A DNA stretch of 64,000 bases. Source: Candidatus Saccharibacteria bacterium UBA6824. GTDB taxonomy: Bacteria; Patescibacteriota; Saccharimonadia; Saccharimonadales; UBA10212. The stretch covers positions 22,532-86,531 of the forward strand of contig DKEK01000006.1 in the NCBI GenBank assembly GCA_002452155.1, written 5' to 3'. Position 1 is the stretch's first letter. The number at the start of each line of letters is the position of its first letter. Of this stretch, positions 1 through 8,672 are shown piece by piece. The translations under genes and the position numbers were made by a program. The notes below the pieces were generated by a model. It saw only the letters and a program-made list of their open reading frames with translations, made no database searches and had not been told where the DNA came from.

Positions 1-56
1 GTGGCTTTCTGCAGCTCAAGCCGAAGCTCTTCAATCTGTTTTTTTAGCGGATTCAT
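1..56 (-). CDS. 5' end of an unidentified CDS running off the window (MNPLKKQIEELRLELQKA...)
   Basis: ATG at 56 on the minus strand, open to position 1, just downstream of the M16 peptidase stop. Too short to identify. Confidence 0.3.
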   Translation of the reverse strand, partial: MNPLKKQIEELRLELQKA

Positions 57-82
57 TACGTCTTTAGTATAGCTGATCCTGC

Positions 83-1372
83 TCAGCTGCTGTGCCACAG
101 GGGCAGGAGATTGTCACTCAATTGATCGGCGATTTTGGGGTCGGTACCGCCCAATATCCCTACCCCGCCCAGGTTCTGCGCGAAGAGTTTGCGCATAGCC
201 CCGGCCAGGTCGCGTTTGGTTACACCTTTGATTCGGGCCGGCATGGCACGCAAGTCTTCAATGTGGCCGTCGAAGAAATAACGGGAGTAGGCGCTTGAGA
301 CGCTCTGGACAGTTTGCAGTGAGCGCTGAAAAGAGCCGAGCGCATACTGTTTGGCGGTTTCCAGTTCGGCTTCATCGATGATACCATTTTGGATTTTTTT
401 GATCTCGGCCAGCACAATGTCGGCCAGCGCCGACGCATTGCTTGGCAAAACCTGGGCACTCAGCCACCACTCGGTCACGCGGCTGGAAATATGGTGGCCC
501 GAGCTAACGTGGTAAACTAACCCCTTATCGCGCGCCTGTCCAAAAATTCGCGAATAAAGTGTATCGGTTAACATAACCCGGGCGATGGCCAGGGCATCAT
601 CGTCTTTTTGGTTAATGATGTCATTAAAGTGGGTACTGATAATCAGATAAATATTCGGCACTGTTTCGTTAGTAATAAATGTCGGGGCGCTAGGCTTTTT
701 AGCCTTTTCTTCCGGCAACTTAGCACGCGACGAGCCTACCGGCAGTTCCAGTTCTTCCAGCAGCTGCTTAACATTGACCCGGCGACCCCGTAGTGAGCCG
801 GCGATAATAAATCGCATATTTTTGGTGAAGTGGGTTTTCTTGTAATGCTCAATCAGATCTTCGCGCTGGACGTTAGCCATTAAATCAACCCGTTCAAAAT
901 CAGTCGCCACCGAAAATCCAAAACTCTGGCTCATTTGGCCGGCCAGCGCCCGGAAGTGGTTGTTGGTGTAGCTGACTAGCTCGTCACGGATATTGCCGAA
1001 CTCGGCATCGAATTCGGCCTGCAAAAAGAGCGGCTTGGCCAGCGATAATTGCTGCAGCCGCAGCACCCGGTCCCACTCAAAATCGGCCACCTCGCCGACA
1101 TAGGCCACCGAGTAGTAGCTGGTGTAGGCATTGACGTAAGCGCCGTTTTTGCTCATTTCGGCATTGAAAATGGTGCGGTCGGGATATTGTTCATTGGCAC
1201 CGGCCGACACCATGTGCTCCAAAATGTGCGGCGTTTCCCATTTCTTGCGCGGCACCAAAAACTCGCCGGCACGGAAATTGAGTTCGTAGCTGGTGACACT
1301 GGCCCCAGGTACGTCAATTAACAGTCCCCGAGCGCCGTTTTTTAACTGGACCTCACTAACTGTATGTTTCAA
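83..1372 (-). CDS. M16 (pitrilysin/insulinase) family zinc peptidase
   Basis: 429-aa ORF with the inverted zinc motif HxxEH (HILEH) near the N-terminus and a length typical of the M16 family. Confidence 0.85.
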   Translation of the reverse strand: MKHTVSEVQLKNGARGLLIDVPGASVTSYELNFRAGEFLVPRKKWETPHILEHMVSAGANEQYPDRTIFNAEMSKNGAYVNAYTSYYSVAYVGEVADFEWDRVLRLQQLSLAKPLFLQAEFDAEFGNIRDELVSYTNNHFRALAGQMSQSFGFSVATDFERVDLMANVQREDLIEHYKKTHFTKNMRFIIAGSLRGRRVNVKQLLEELELPVGSSRAKLPEEKAKKPSAPTFITNETVPNIYLIISTHFNDIINQKDDDALAIARVMLTDTLYSRIFGQARDKGLVYHVSSGHHISSRVTEWWLSAQVLPSNASALADIVLAEIKKIQNGIIDEAELETAKQYALGSFQRSLQTVQSVSSAYSRYFFDGHIEDLRAMPARIKGVTKRDLAGAMRKLFAQNLGGVGILGGTDPKIADQLSDNLLPLWHSS

Positions 1373-1374
1373 GG

Positions 1375-4014
1375 CTATTTCCGTTTTTTCTTTTTAGCGA
1401 CCGTTTTTTTCTTGCGTTGGCGTTCGGCTTTGCGGGATTTCTTGCGCTGGTTATGCAGGCGGGCCTGGTCCGTCGCGGCGGATTCGTCTTTGCCGGTTTT
1501 AAAGTCGGCTTCGTCGTAGTGTTCGGTCTGCACAATCTGCCTGGCGTTGTCGACCGAACTGCGGGCCGCCCGGGTCAGGTCAGTTTCAACTACTTCTTGC
1601 AGTTGGGACTCTAGCGGCTGGGCGTGCATGATTGCCCGGATGATTTCATGACGCAGTGTCAGCTGCATCTCATCAAAGATCCGCTGGCTTTGGCGGCGGT
1701 ATTCCACCAGCGGGTCGCGTTGGCCAACGCTTATCCAGTGGATGCCTTCGCGCAGATGGTCCATGTTTTCCAGGTGCTGCATCCATAAATTATCCAGTAC
1801 TTGCAAATAAACGTCGCGCTCGACTTTGCGCATAATGTCGGCGCCAAAGACTTTTTCCTGGTTACGATAGAGCTTTTGGGCGGCGGCGGCCAGTGTAGCC
1901 TCAAACTGGCTGGCTTCAGCGTCAAAAAGTGTGTCCAGAGTTTTATCATCCAGCGGGAAAGTCTCATTCAGTATGGCCTCAAAGTTTTGGCTCAAGCTAT
2001 CCGGGTGGCCAGCCAAAAACTCGGCTTCCTCGTCAATAAATTTTTTGATTCGGGGGCTGATGTCCTCGGCCCGCAAGACCTCGCGCCGGACGGCGTAAAT
2101 GGCCCGACGGTGACGGTTCATAACATCGTCGTACTGAACAACGTTTTTACGCTGGTCAAAATTAAAACCTTCAACTTTCTTTTGGGCGCCCTCTAAACTC
2201 TTGCTTATCATACGGCTTTCGATTGGCGTATCGTCGTCGACCTTTAGGCGGTCCATGACGGCCGCGATCCGCTCACCGCCGTAAATCCGCATTAGATCGT
2301 CTTGGCAGGAGACATAAAATTGGGTCATGCCGGGGTCGCCCTGGCGGCCGCTACGGCCGCGCAGCTGGTTATCGATGCGGCGTGATTCGTGGCGCTCACT
2401 GCCCAGTACAAACAGCCCGCCCAGGTTGGTCACGCCTTTGCCCAGTACAATGTCGGTACCGCGGCCGGCTATGTTGGTGGCCAGCGTCACGGCGCCCCGC
2501 TCACCCGCTTTGGCGACAATCGCCGCTTCGCGTTCGTTATTCTTAGCGTTCAAAACCTCATGTTTGATGCCGGCTTTTTTGAGCAAGCCGCTTAGCAACT
2601 CGTTTTTTTCGACGCTGACTGTGCCGATCAAAACCGGCTGGCCCCTTTTTTGGAGATCGGCAAGCTCGCGGACAATAGCCTGCATTTTGCCGGCCTCGGT
2701 TTTATAAATCCTATCAGATAGGTCGTTACGGACGAGCGGCCGGTTAGCCGGTATTTCGACCACGTTGAGTTTATAAATTTGGTGAAATTCTTCGCTTTCG
2801 GTCATGGCCGTCCCGGTCATACCGGCCAGTTTTTTATAAAGACGGAAATAATTTTGGAAAGAAATGGTGGCCAGCGTCATGGACTCTTCCTGAACTTCCA
2901 CGCCTTCTTTGGCTTCAATCGCCTGGTGCAGGCCTTCGTTATAGCGGCGGCCTTTTAGCAGGCGGCCGGTGAAATCGTCGACAATTATAATCTCGCCGTC
3001 GTTGCTGACGACGTAGTGCTTGTCGCGCTGGAACAGGGCGTGGGCTTTGAGAGCTTGTTCGAGGTGGTAAATTGTCCGCAAGTTTTCGGTCGAGTAAAGG
3101 CTCTCTATGCCCAGAATCTTCTGGATAAACTCAATGCCGGCGTCGGTCAGGATGACGCTACGGCGTTTTTCATCCTTTTCGAAGTGTTCGGTTTCTTTGA
3201 GTTGGAGTACCACCCGGGCAAATTGATCGTAGGCCGTGGCACTAGCTGCCGCCGAGGCGCTAATAATCAATGGCGTGCGGGCCTCGTCGATTAAGATCGA
3301 GTCGACTTCGTCAACGATAGCGTAGTGCAGGTCGCGCTGGCGCAACTGGTCGGTTTCGCGGACCATGTTGTCACGCAGGTAGTCAAACCCGAATTCGTTG
3401 TTGGTGCCATAAGTAACGTCAGCTTGGTAGGCCTCTTGGCGGGTGGCCGGCCGCAGGTGTTGCATGCGCGGATCATAATGCTCTTTATTTTCATAGCTTG
3501 GATCATATACATAAGACTCGTCGGGAATAATAACGCCCACGCTCAAGCCCAAGAAATGATAGATCTGGCCCATCCAGCCAGCGTCGCGCTGGGCTAGATA
3601 ATCGTTAACGGTTACAACGTGCACGCCCTTGCCCTCCAGGGCGTTGAGGTAAACCGACAGCGTCGCCACCAGGGTTTTACCCTCGCCGGTTTTCATTTCT
3701 GATACGCCGCCCTCGTGCAGTACCATACCGCCAATTAGCTGGACGTCAAAGTGACGCTGTTTTAGGGTGCGGGTGGCGGCTTCGCGGACAGCCGCAAATG
3801 CTTCCGGCAAAAGCTGGTCCAGGCTGGTGCCTTTTTCCAGGCGTTTTTTGAATTCGGCTGTCTGTTGTTTGATTTGGGCGTCAGTCATTTTTTGATACTT
3901 CGGCGCCAGGGCATTAACTTGCACGACGCGTTTTTTCAGGCGTTTAATAGTTGCTGCCTGGGGATCGCCCAAGACACGTTTTAGCGGCTTTGTACTAAAT
4001 TTTAATTTCAACAA
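1375..4014 (-). CDS. secA: preprotein translocase ATPase SecA
   Basis: 879-aa ORF with SecA DEAD-like motor motifs (MKTGEGKTL, DEVDSILIDEARTPLII, TNMAGRGTDI-like TNIAGRGTDI) and a Lys/Arg-rich C-terminal tail. Confidence 0.95.
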   Translation of the reverse strand: MLKLKFSTKPLKRVLGDPQAATIKRLKKRVVQVNALAPKYQKMTDAQIKQQTAEFKKRLEKGTSLDQLLPEAFAAVREAATRTLKQRHFDVQLIGGMVLHEGGVSEMKTGEGKTLVATLSVYLNALEGKGVHVVTVNDYLAQRDAGWMGQIYHFLGLSVGVIIPDESYVYDPSYENKEHYDPRMQHLRPATRQEAYQADVTYGTNNEFGFDYLRDNMVRETDQLRQRDLHYAIVDEVDSILIDEARTPLIISASAAASATAYDQFARVVLQLKETEHFEKDEKRRSVILTDAGIEFIQKILGIESLYSTENLRTIYHLEQALKAHALFQRDKHYVVSNDGEIIIVDDFTGRLLKGRRYNEGLHQAIEAKEGVEVQEESMTLATISFQNYFRLYKKLAGMTGTAMTESEEFHQIYKLNVVEIPANRPLVRNDLSDRIYKTEAGKMQAIVRELADLQKRGQPVLIGTVSVEKNELLSGLLKKAGIKHEVLNAKNNEREAAIVAKAGERGAVTLATNIAGRGTDIVLGKGVTNLGGLFVLGSERHESRRIDNQLRGRSGRQGDPGMTQFYVSCQDDLMRIYGGERIAAVMDRLKVDDDTPIESRMISKSLEGAQKKVEGFNFDQRKNVVQYDDVMNRHRRAIYAVRREVLRAEDISPRIKKFIDEEAEFLAGHPDSLSQNFEAILNETFPLDDKTLDTLFDAEASQFEATLAAAAQKLYRNQEKVFGADIMRKVERDVYLQVLDNLWMQHLENMDHLREGIHWISVGQRDPLVEYRRQSQRIFDEMQLTLRHEIIRAIMHAQPLESQLQEVVETDLTRAARSSVDNARQIVQTEHYDEADFKTGKDESAATDQARLHNQRKKSRKAERQRKKKTVAKKKKRK

Positions 4015-4070
4015 AAAACACAGACCTCCTCTAGTTGGCTCATACTATTCTAGCGCAAAACCGCTCGGAT

Positions 4071-5369
4071 TTACAGAGTAGCTTGACCGTGCATGTAGGG
4101 CTGCAGGGCTTTGGGAACCCTTACCGTACCGTCCTCATTCTGATAATTTTCGATGATGGCCACCATTGTCCGTCCCATTGCGAAAGCCGTTGCGTCGTTA
4201 TTGTGTACAAAAACGTTTCCGTCGCTAGTCTTGGCACGAGTCCCCGTGCCTTCGGCCTGGAAGTCGCTGATGAAGTCCGCGGTGTGGGTCTCGCAGTATT
4301 TATTTTGGCCCGGTAGCCAGGCTTCTATATCTACGCCCCGGGCATTGGGAAAACCGATATCGGCCGTGCATTTATTTAACACGTGGTATGGCAGGTTCAG
4401 CTGCTGCATCAAATACTCCTGGATGGCAATCATAAAAAGGTGCTCATTCATACCATCTTCGGGCAGCGTGAAGCTTTCCATCTCTAATTTATCAAACTGG
4501 TGGAGGCGGATAATACCTTCCAAGTCCTTGCCGTACGTCCCAGCTTCGCGGCGGAAGGCTGTGGTGTAGCCGACGTAGCGTAGCGGCAGCTGCTGCCCGT
4601 CCAAAATTTCACCCATAAACATGGGCGCCAGAGTGTGTTCGGCGCTGGCGTTGAGCCACAAGTCTTCACCCTCCAGCTTGTAGGTCTGCTCCTCTTTATT
4701 GAGCCGGCCAGTGGCTTCGTAGACTTCGGTGCGGGCAACGGCCGGCGGCAGAGTTGGAGTAAAGGCTTCGGTTGATATATTTTTTAGACCGGCCTCACTT
4801 GCAACTGACTGCAGGATCTTTTCGTCTGTTAAAACCTTCAACGCGAATTGCACCAGCCCAAATTGCAGCTTTACAAGGTCGCCCAGCATATAAGCGAAAC
4901 GTGCGCCAGCAACCTTGGCCGCCCGCTGCTTGTCAATTAGGCCGCGGGGTTCGGCGATTTCCCAGTGCGTTTTGGGCTTGAAGTCAAACTCCGGCTTTTT
5001 GCCCCACTCTTTTACGACTACATTGTCGGCTTCGCTGGTACCGACCGGCACATCGTCTGCCGGCATATTGGGGACAGCTTTAAGTAGTTCTAAAAATTCC
5101 ACTTGCACCGGTTCTAGTTCCAGTTCAAGTTTCTTGAGTTTTTTCTTAAGACCCTGTCCTTTTACTTGATCTTCTTCCGATGGTTTTTGGTCCTTTGTCC
5201 GAGCCGCCAATTCGTTGCGCTCGGCACGGACAGCTTCAATTTCGGCCATCAAGTGGCGGCGATCCTCATCCAGCTGCAGCAGGTGTTTGATATTGACCCT
5301 GTAGCCTTTTTGGCCGGCCTTTTTTTCTACCTCCTCTGGATTTTCCCTGATAAAGCTGATGTCTAACAT
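4071..5369 (-). CDS. serS: seryl-tRNA synthetase
   Basis: 432-aa ORF with an N-terminal coiled-coil arm (MLDISFIRENPE...) and a class II catalytic core (TAFRREAG, GQNKYCETHT..). Confidence 0.95.
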   Translation of the reverse strand: MLDISFIRENPEEVEKKAGQKGYRVNIKHLLQLDEDRRHLMAEIEAVRAERNELAARTKDQKPSEEDQVKGQGLKKKLKKLELELEPVQVEFLELLKAVPNMPADDVPVGTSEADNVVVKEWGKKPEFDFKPKTHWEIAEPRGLIDKQRAAKVAGARFAYMLGDLVKLQFGLVQFALKVLTDEKILQSVASEAGLKNISTEAFTPTLPPAVARTEVYEATGRLNKEEQTYKLEGEDLWLNASAEHTLAPMFMGEILDGQQLPLRYVGYTTAFRREAGTYGKDLEGIIRLHQFDKLEMESFTLPEDGMNEHLFMIAIQEYLMQQLNLPYHVLNKCTADIGFPNARGVDIEAWLPGQNKYCETHTADFISDFQAEGTGTRAKTSDGNVFVHNNDATAFAMGRTMVAIIENYQNEDGTVRVPKALQPYMHGQATL

Positions 5370-5382
5370 ACAGTCATTATAA

Positions 5383-6144
5383 CTACTTTTTAGTTTGCAG
5401 AGCTTTTAGCGTAAGTTCGGTGCGGGCACGGGCATAAGCGCAGTGCTCACAGTCGGGATCTTCTTTGGGCATATCGCCTTCCAAAGTCTGTTTGATTTTT
5501 TCCAGAGTTGGCTCTACCCATTTGTCGCTACCTTTATATGGAAAAATGTTGGTGCGAAATTCTACTTTGTTAAAGAAGCCTTTGCCGCTTGAAATGCCAT
5601 TGGCGTAGACAAAATAGCCGGTGTCGCTGACTTTGTGGCCTTCGCCGCGCAGTAGCCATTGGTAAACTTCCATCTGGCGGCGGTAGCTATCGTGCCATTT
5701 GGACTCCTCCAGATCGGTAATCTCTTTATTTTTAGCAGTGGCTTTATAATCTACGACTACCAGTTTGTCGTCGGGTGTCACCCAAACATCGTCGACACCG
5801 CCGAAAATCAGCAGATTAGTCGCTTGGTGCAGATGCTGAACGCCTGTAAATACATGACGCCAGCGCTCTAGGTCCTTATGGGCAAACGGTTTGGCATCGA
5901 CCTTAAATTCAATCTGCCAGGGGTGTTGCTTGCCTTCTTTTCTATAGACATCAAACTCAGTTTTTAGCAGTGTATCTACGGCGCTATTGATTAGAAATGG
6001 TGGCGAGCTGGGCTGGTTAATTTTGAGGCGCTGGGCCAGCCAGAAACAGCGCGGACAGCGCACAAAATTCTCAATCCGGCTGCGACTTAATTTATAAACT
6101 TCTTTTTGGCCGGGCTTGTAAGCCGGCGATCTCTCGTATGCCAT
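5383..6144 (-). CDS. PD-(D/E)XK nuclease, Cas4/RecB-like with Fe-S cysteines
   Basis: 253 aa with an N-terminal CPRC and C-terminal CEHC cysteine pair bracketing a D..(VVVDYK) D/ExK core and a QMEVYQ (QxxxY) motif. No cas neighbours. Confidence 0.65.
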   Translation of the reverse strand: MAYERSPAYKPGQKEVYKLSRSRIENFVRCPRCFWLAQRLKINQPSSPPFLINSAVDTLLKTEFDVYRKEGKQHPWQIEFKVDAKPFAHKDLERWRHVFTGVQHLHQATNLLIFGGVDDVWVTPDDKLVVVDYKATAKNKEITDLEESKWHDSYRRQMEVYQWLLRGEGHKVSDTGYFVYANGISSGKGFFNKVEFRTNIFPYKGSDKWVEPTLEKIKQTLEGDMPKEDPDCEHCAYARARTELTLKALQTKK

Positions 6145-6168
6145 TAGACACCATTGTATCAGGCGGCT

Positions 6169-6264
6169 TTAGCCAGCCAGCTGAACCGCCAAGAACGATA
6201 CCAGGGCTAGAAATGCGGCGATGACTAAAATCAAAGGGCCGTATTTTTTAAGATTTGGTTGCAT
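6169..6264 (-). CDS. possible 31-aa single-pass membrane peptide (MQPNLKKYGPLILVIAAFLALVSFLAVQLAG)
   Basis: Hand-translated small ORF not in the track. TATACT lies 7 nt upstream of the ATG (leaderless pattern). Hydrophobic core. Confidence 0.3.
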   Translation of the reverse strand: MQPNLKKYGPLILVIAAFLALVSFLAVQLAG

Positions 6265-6344
6265 AAATTTTAGTATAGACCTTTTTCTTGAGCAAAGGGC
6301 GCGGGCAATAATGCCCGCGCCCAGCAAGTTTTGTGAGGTTTATA

Positions 6345-6653
6345 TTATCGTTTGACCCAGCGACCAACCAGGCCTACGACCAGGTAGCCGGCAGCGGCAT
6401 AGAATGCCATGGCGGCCAGGGCGACATAGTCAACCACCCAACCACGGCTGACCACATCGGTCGTGGTAAAGAAATTGCGCAGCGGTTCCAGCAACACCTG
6501 GGTATTGCTGTAGACCCAATGCACAAACGTAGCATCCGGATTCGCATTAAAGAACCGCAGCACCGCGCGGAGCAAGAGCAACAGTTCGGCCAGGCCGACG
6601 AACAAGTTGACCATGCCGGCAACTGATTGCTTGCTTACCTTGTAAAGATCCAT
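6345..6653 (-). CDS. YggT-like small integral membrane protein
   Basis: 102 aa, two hydrophobic segments, LRxxLRFF...P..FV motif resembling the YggT family. Strong SD (AAGGGAGGA) upstream. Confidence 0.5.
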   Translation of the reverse strand: MDLYKVSKQSVAGMVNLFVGLAELLLLLRAVLRFFNANPDATFVHWVYSNTQVLLEPLRNFFTTTDVVSRGWVVDYVALAAMAFYAAAGYLVVGLVGRWVKR

Positions 6654-6773
6654 AAGATCCTCCCTTAATTAGTAATAACTTCATAATATTCCTAGGCGTG
6701 CAAACTTACAATATAGATATCCACAGTTCGCCCCGTCCAGATTTTTATTTAAGTGCCGCCACTCGGGCTTTAA

Positions 6774-6802
6774 TTGACTAAAGTTTCCCGCCTTAGTACG
6801 AT
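6774..6802 (+). promoter_or_regulatory. sigma70-like promoter TTGACT-17-TACGAT
   Basis: Hexamers at 6774-6779 and 6797-6802 with a 17-nt spacer, ~35 nt upstream of the 6837 ATG. Confidence 0.55.
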
Positions 6803-6836
6803 TAAAAAATCATAAGCGTAACGCGGGGGTATTAAA

Positions 6837-7646
6837 ATGAAGGTCATCAAAGATGAGCGCGGCATGTTCCATCCTTTACTAATTGGACTAATTGTAGTGG
6901 TTGTGGCGGCCATTGGTTTTGCCGGCTACAAAGTGTCAAACAAAAACGACAAAAAATCTGTAACTCCTACGGCGGCGGTGGCCTCAAACAGCGCCGCAGA
7001 AAGCGCCTGTAATAAAGAAATAAGCGATAAGACCTTTTGTAAGTTTGTTTCGCATTTTAGCTTAAACAGCGCTTATAAAGCGACAATTGCCAGTACCGAT
7101 AGTAGCGGTATGGTCAGTAAGGTAGAGCTCCAAAATGACAGCAAAAGCAACAGCACAATGGTCACCAAAGATGCCAACGGCAAAGAGACCAGTGCCTTCA
7201 TAACGCTAGACAATAGCAGCTATATAAAGGACGAGTCAGACAATTCCTGGACTAAGTACACCTCTTCCACCGCAACTGATACGACTAAGCCGACTAGCGA
7301 CATTAAGATCGACACTAACGACATTACCAGCAAAAACACCATCAGCTACAAAAATCTGGGCACCGAAGCCTGCGGCAAATTAACCTGTTACAAATATCAG
7401 GTCGTTGATAGTGCCAATGCCGGCACAACCCAGTACATTTGGTTCGATAACAAAAACTATATGATGCAGCGTTGGTACAGCAAGGATGCGAACGGCACCA
7501 TGGACATGAGCTTCACCTATCAGAGCGTCAATATCACCGCCCCGTCACCAGTCAAAGAAGCCTCTACCCAATCAGGCGCTAATGCAGCCGACGTTAATGC
7601 CGCCATTCAGGCCGCCCAACAATCTGCCCAGTACGGAAGTCAGTAG
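6837..7646 (+). CDS. membrane-anchored/secreted Ser/Thr/Asn-rich protein, unknown function
   Basis: 269 aa with an N-terminal hydrophobic anchor (LLIGLIVVVVAAIGFAGY) and a polar extracytoplasmic-looking body. Confidence 0.6.
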   Translation: MKVIKDERGMFHPLLIGLIVVVVAAIGFAGYKVSNKNDKKSVTPTAAVASNSAAESACNKEISDKTFCKFVSHFSLNSAYKATIASTDSSGMVSKVELQNDSKSNSTMVTKDANGKETSAFITLDNSSYIKDESDNSWTKYTSSTATDTTKPTSDIKIDTNDITSKNTISYKNLGTEACGKLTCYKYQVVDSANAGTTQYIWFDNKNYMMQRWYSKDANGTMDMSFTYQSVNITAPSPVKEASTQSGANAADVNAAIQAAQQSAQYGSQ

Positions 7647-7653
7647 TCCAAAT

Positions 7654-8145
7654 TTAGACCGAGGCGTAGGGTACATGACACATTCCACGCCCCGTCTTTT
7701 CAGTGAATTTTTGGTGGTAGGCTTCGGCTAGCCACCATTTACCCGCCGGCTCAAGAGTTGTAACGATTTTGCCGTCGTATTTTTCAGGGTTTAGTTTGTC
7801 GATAATTTTCTGGGCAGCTTCTTTTTGTTTTTCATTAATATAATAAATTGCCGAGCGGTAACTATCGCCTACATTGACCCCGTCCGGGGCATTTTGGGCG
7901 GTTGGGTCCTGGATGCGGAAAAAGTGCTGCAGAAGCGTTTCGTAGCTGACTTTCTTCGGATCAAAGGTAACTTTTACGGCTTCGGCGTGGCCAGTTTTGT
8001 GTTTGTAAACTTCCTCATAGCTTGGGTTATCTTTGTAGCCGCCGGTGTAGCCGGCTTCTGTTTGCAAAACTCCAGGCACTTGCTCGAAATAATACTGCAC
8101 ACCCCAAAAACACCCAGCCGCGAAAATTGCTGTTTCTTTCTTCAT
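7654..8145 (-). CDS. msrA: peptide-methionine (S)-S-oxide reductase
   Basis: 163 aa with the catalytic GCFWG motif near the N-terminus and MsrA-like length. Confidence 0.95.
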   Translation of the reverse strand: MKKETAIFAAGCFWGVQYYFEQVPGVLQTEAGYTGGYKDNPSYEEVYKHKTGHAEAVKVTFDPKKVSYETLLQHFFRIQDPTAQNAPDGVNVGDSYRSAIYYINEKQKEAAQKIIDKLNPEKYDGKIVTTLEPAGKWWLAEAYHQKFTEKTGRGMCHVPYASV

Positions 8146-8220
8146 CCCGTTAGAGCTCCAGTTCGCTGCCAGCGAACTGGCAGATTTTATCTTTGATAAA
8201 ATACTTAGCTCTAACGGGAT
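8144..8220 (-). promoter_or_regulatory. 77-nt three-stem structured intergenic element covering the msrA SD and start codon
   Basis: 14-bp outer stem (8144-8157 with 8207-8220) enclosing a 10-bp hairpin (8158-8180) and an 8-bp hairpin (8184-8202). All pairings read directly from the sequence. Confidence 0.45.
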
Positions 8221-8667
8221 TCATAAATTTATTTTACTTAAGTCCCCATCTAAAACCGCTGTACTCATTCCATAGACCTCTTCGTAGGTGTTGGCGTCCT
8301 TGCTAACGCCATTTAGGATAAAAACAGGCTTTTTCAAAAAATAGGCCAGCCCCCATTCCATAGTCGCGTTTGGGCCAATATACCTAGGCTGACCCAGTTT
8401 GTCATCATTAACGATTAATATGGCGTCACCTTTGGAGACTTCATTAAAGTGATCCATGGCCAGTTGATGCTTTATTTTGAAGAGCTCTGAATTATTCATC
8501 CATGTCTTCACTTTCGAGATGTCATAATCACCATGACCCTTCATTTTCTTGGCCGTAGCGGGCACAACAACTTTATAGCCCATTTGTCTTAGCTCGTCAG
8601 CAATCTGATTAACATGTTTGTAGAACGAACCGCTCGAGCAAATAACAATCGTTTTGGGTTTACTCAT
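8221..8667 (-). CDS. nucleoside 2-deoxyribosyltransferase-like protein
   Basis: 148 aa with a Rossmann-like N-terminus (IVICSSGSF) and a conserved Glu context (MEWGLAYFLKKPVFIL) typical of the family. Confidence 0.55.
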   Translation of the reverse strand: MSKPKTIVICSSGSFYKHVNQIADELRQMGYKVVVPATAKKMKGHGDYDISKVKTWMNNSELFKIKHQLAMDHFNEVSKGDAILIVNDDKLGQPRYIGPNATMEWGLAYFLKKPVFILNGVSKDANTYEEVYGMSTAVLDGDLSKINL

Positions 8668-8672
8668 TTACG

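Noticed and set aside
8144-8220. MITE interpretation of the 77-bp element with 14-bp terminal inverted repeats
   Set aside because: There is no convincing target-site duplication (at most 2 nt), and its ends overlap the msrA start codon and abut the upstream stop codon. An RNA-structure interpretation fits better.
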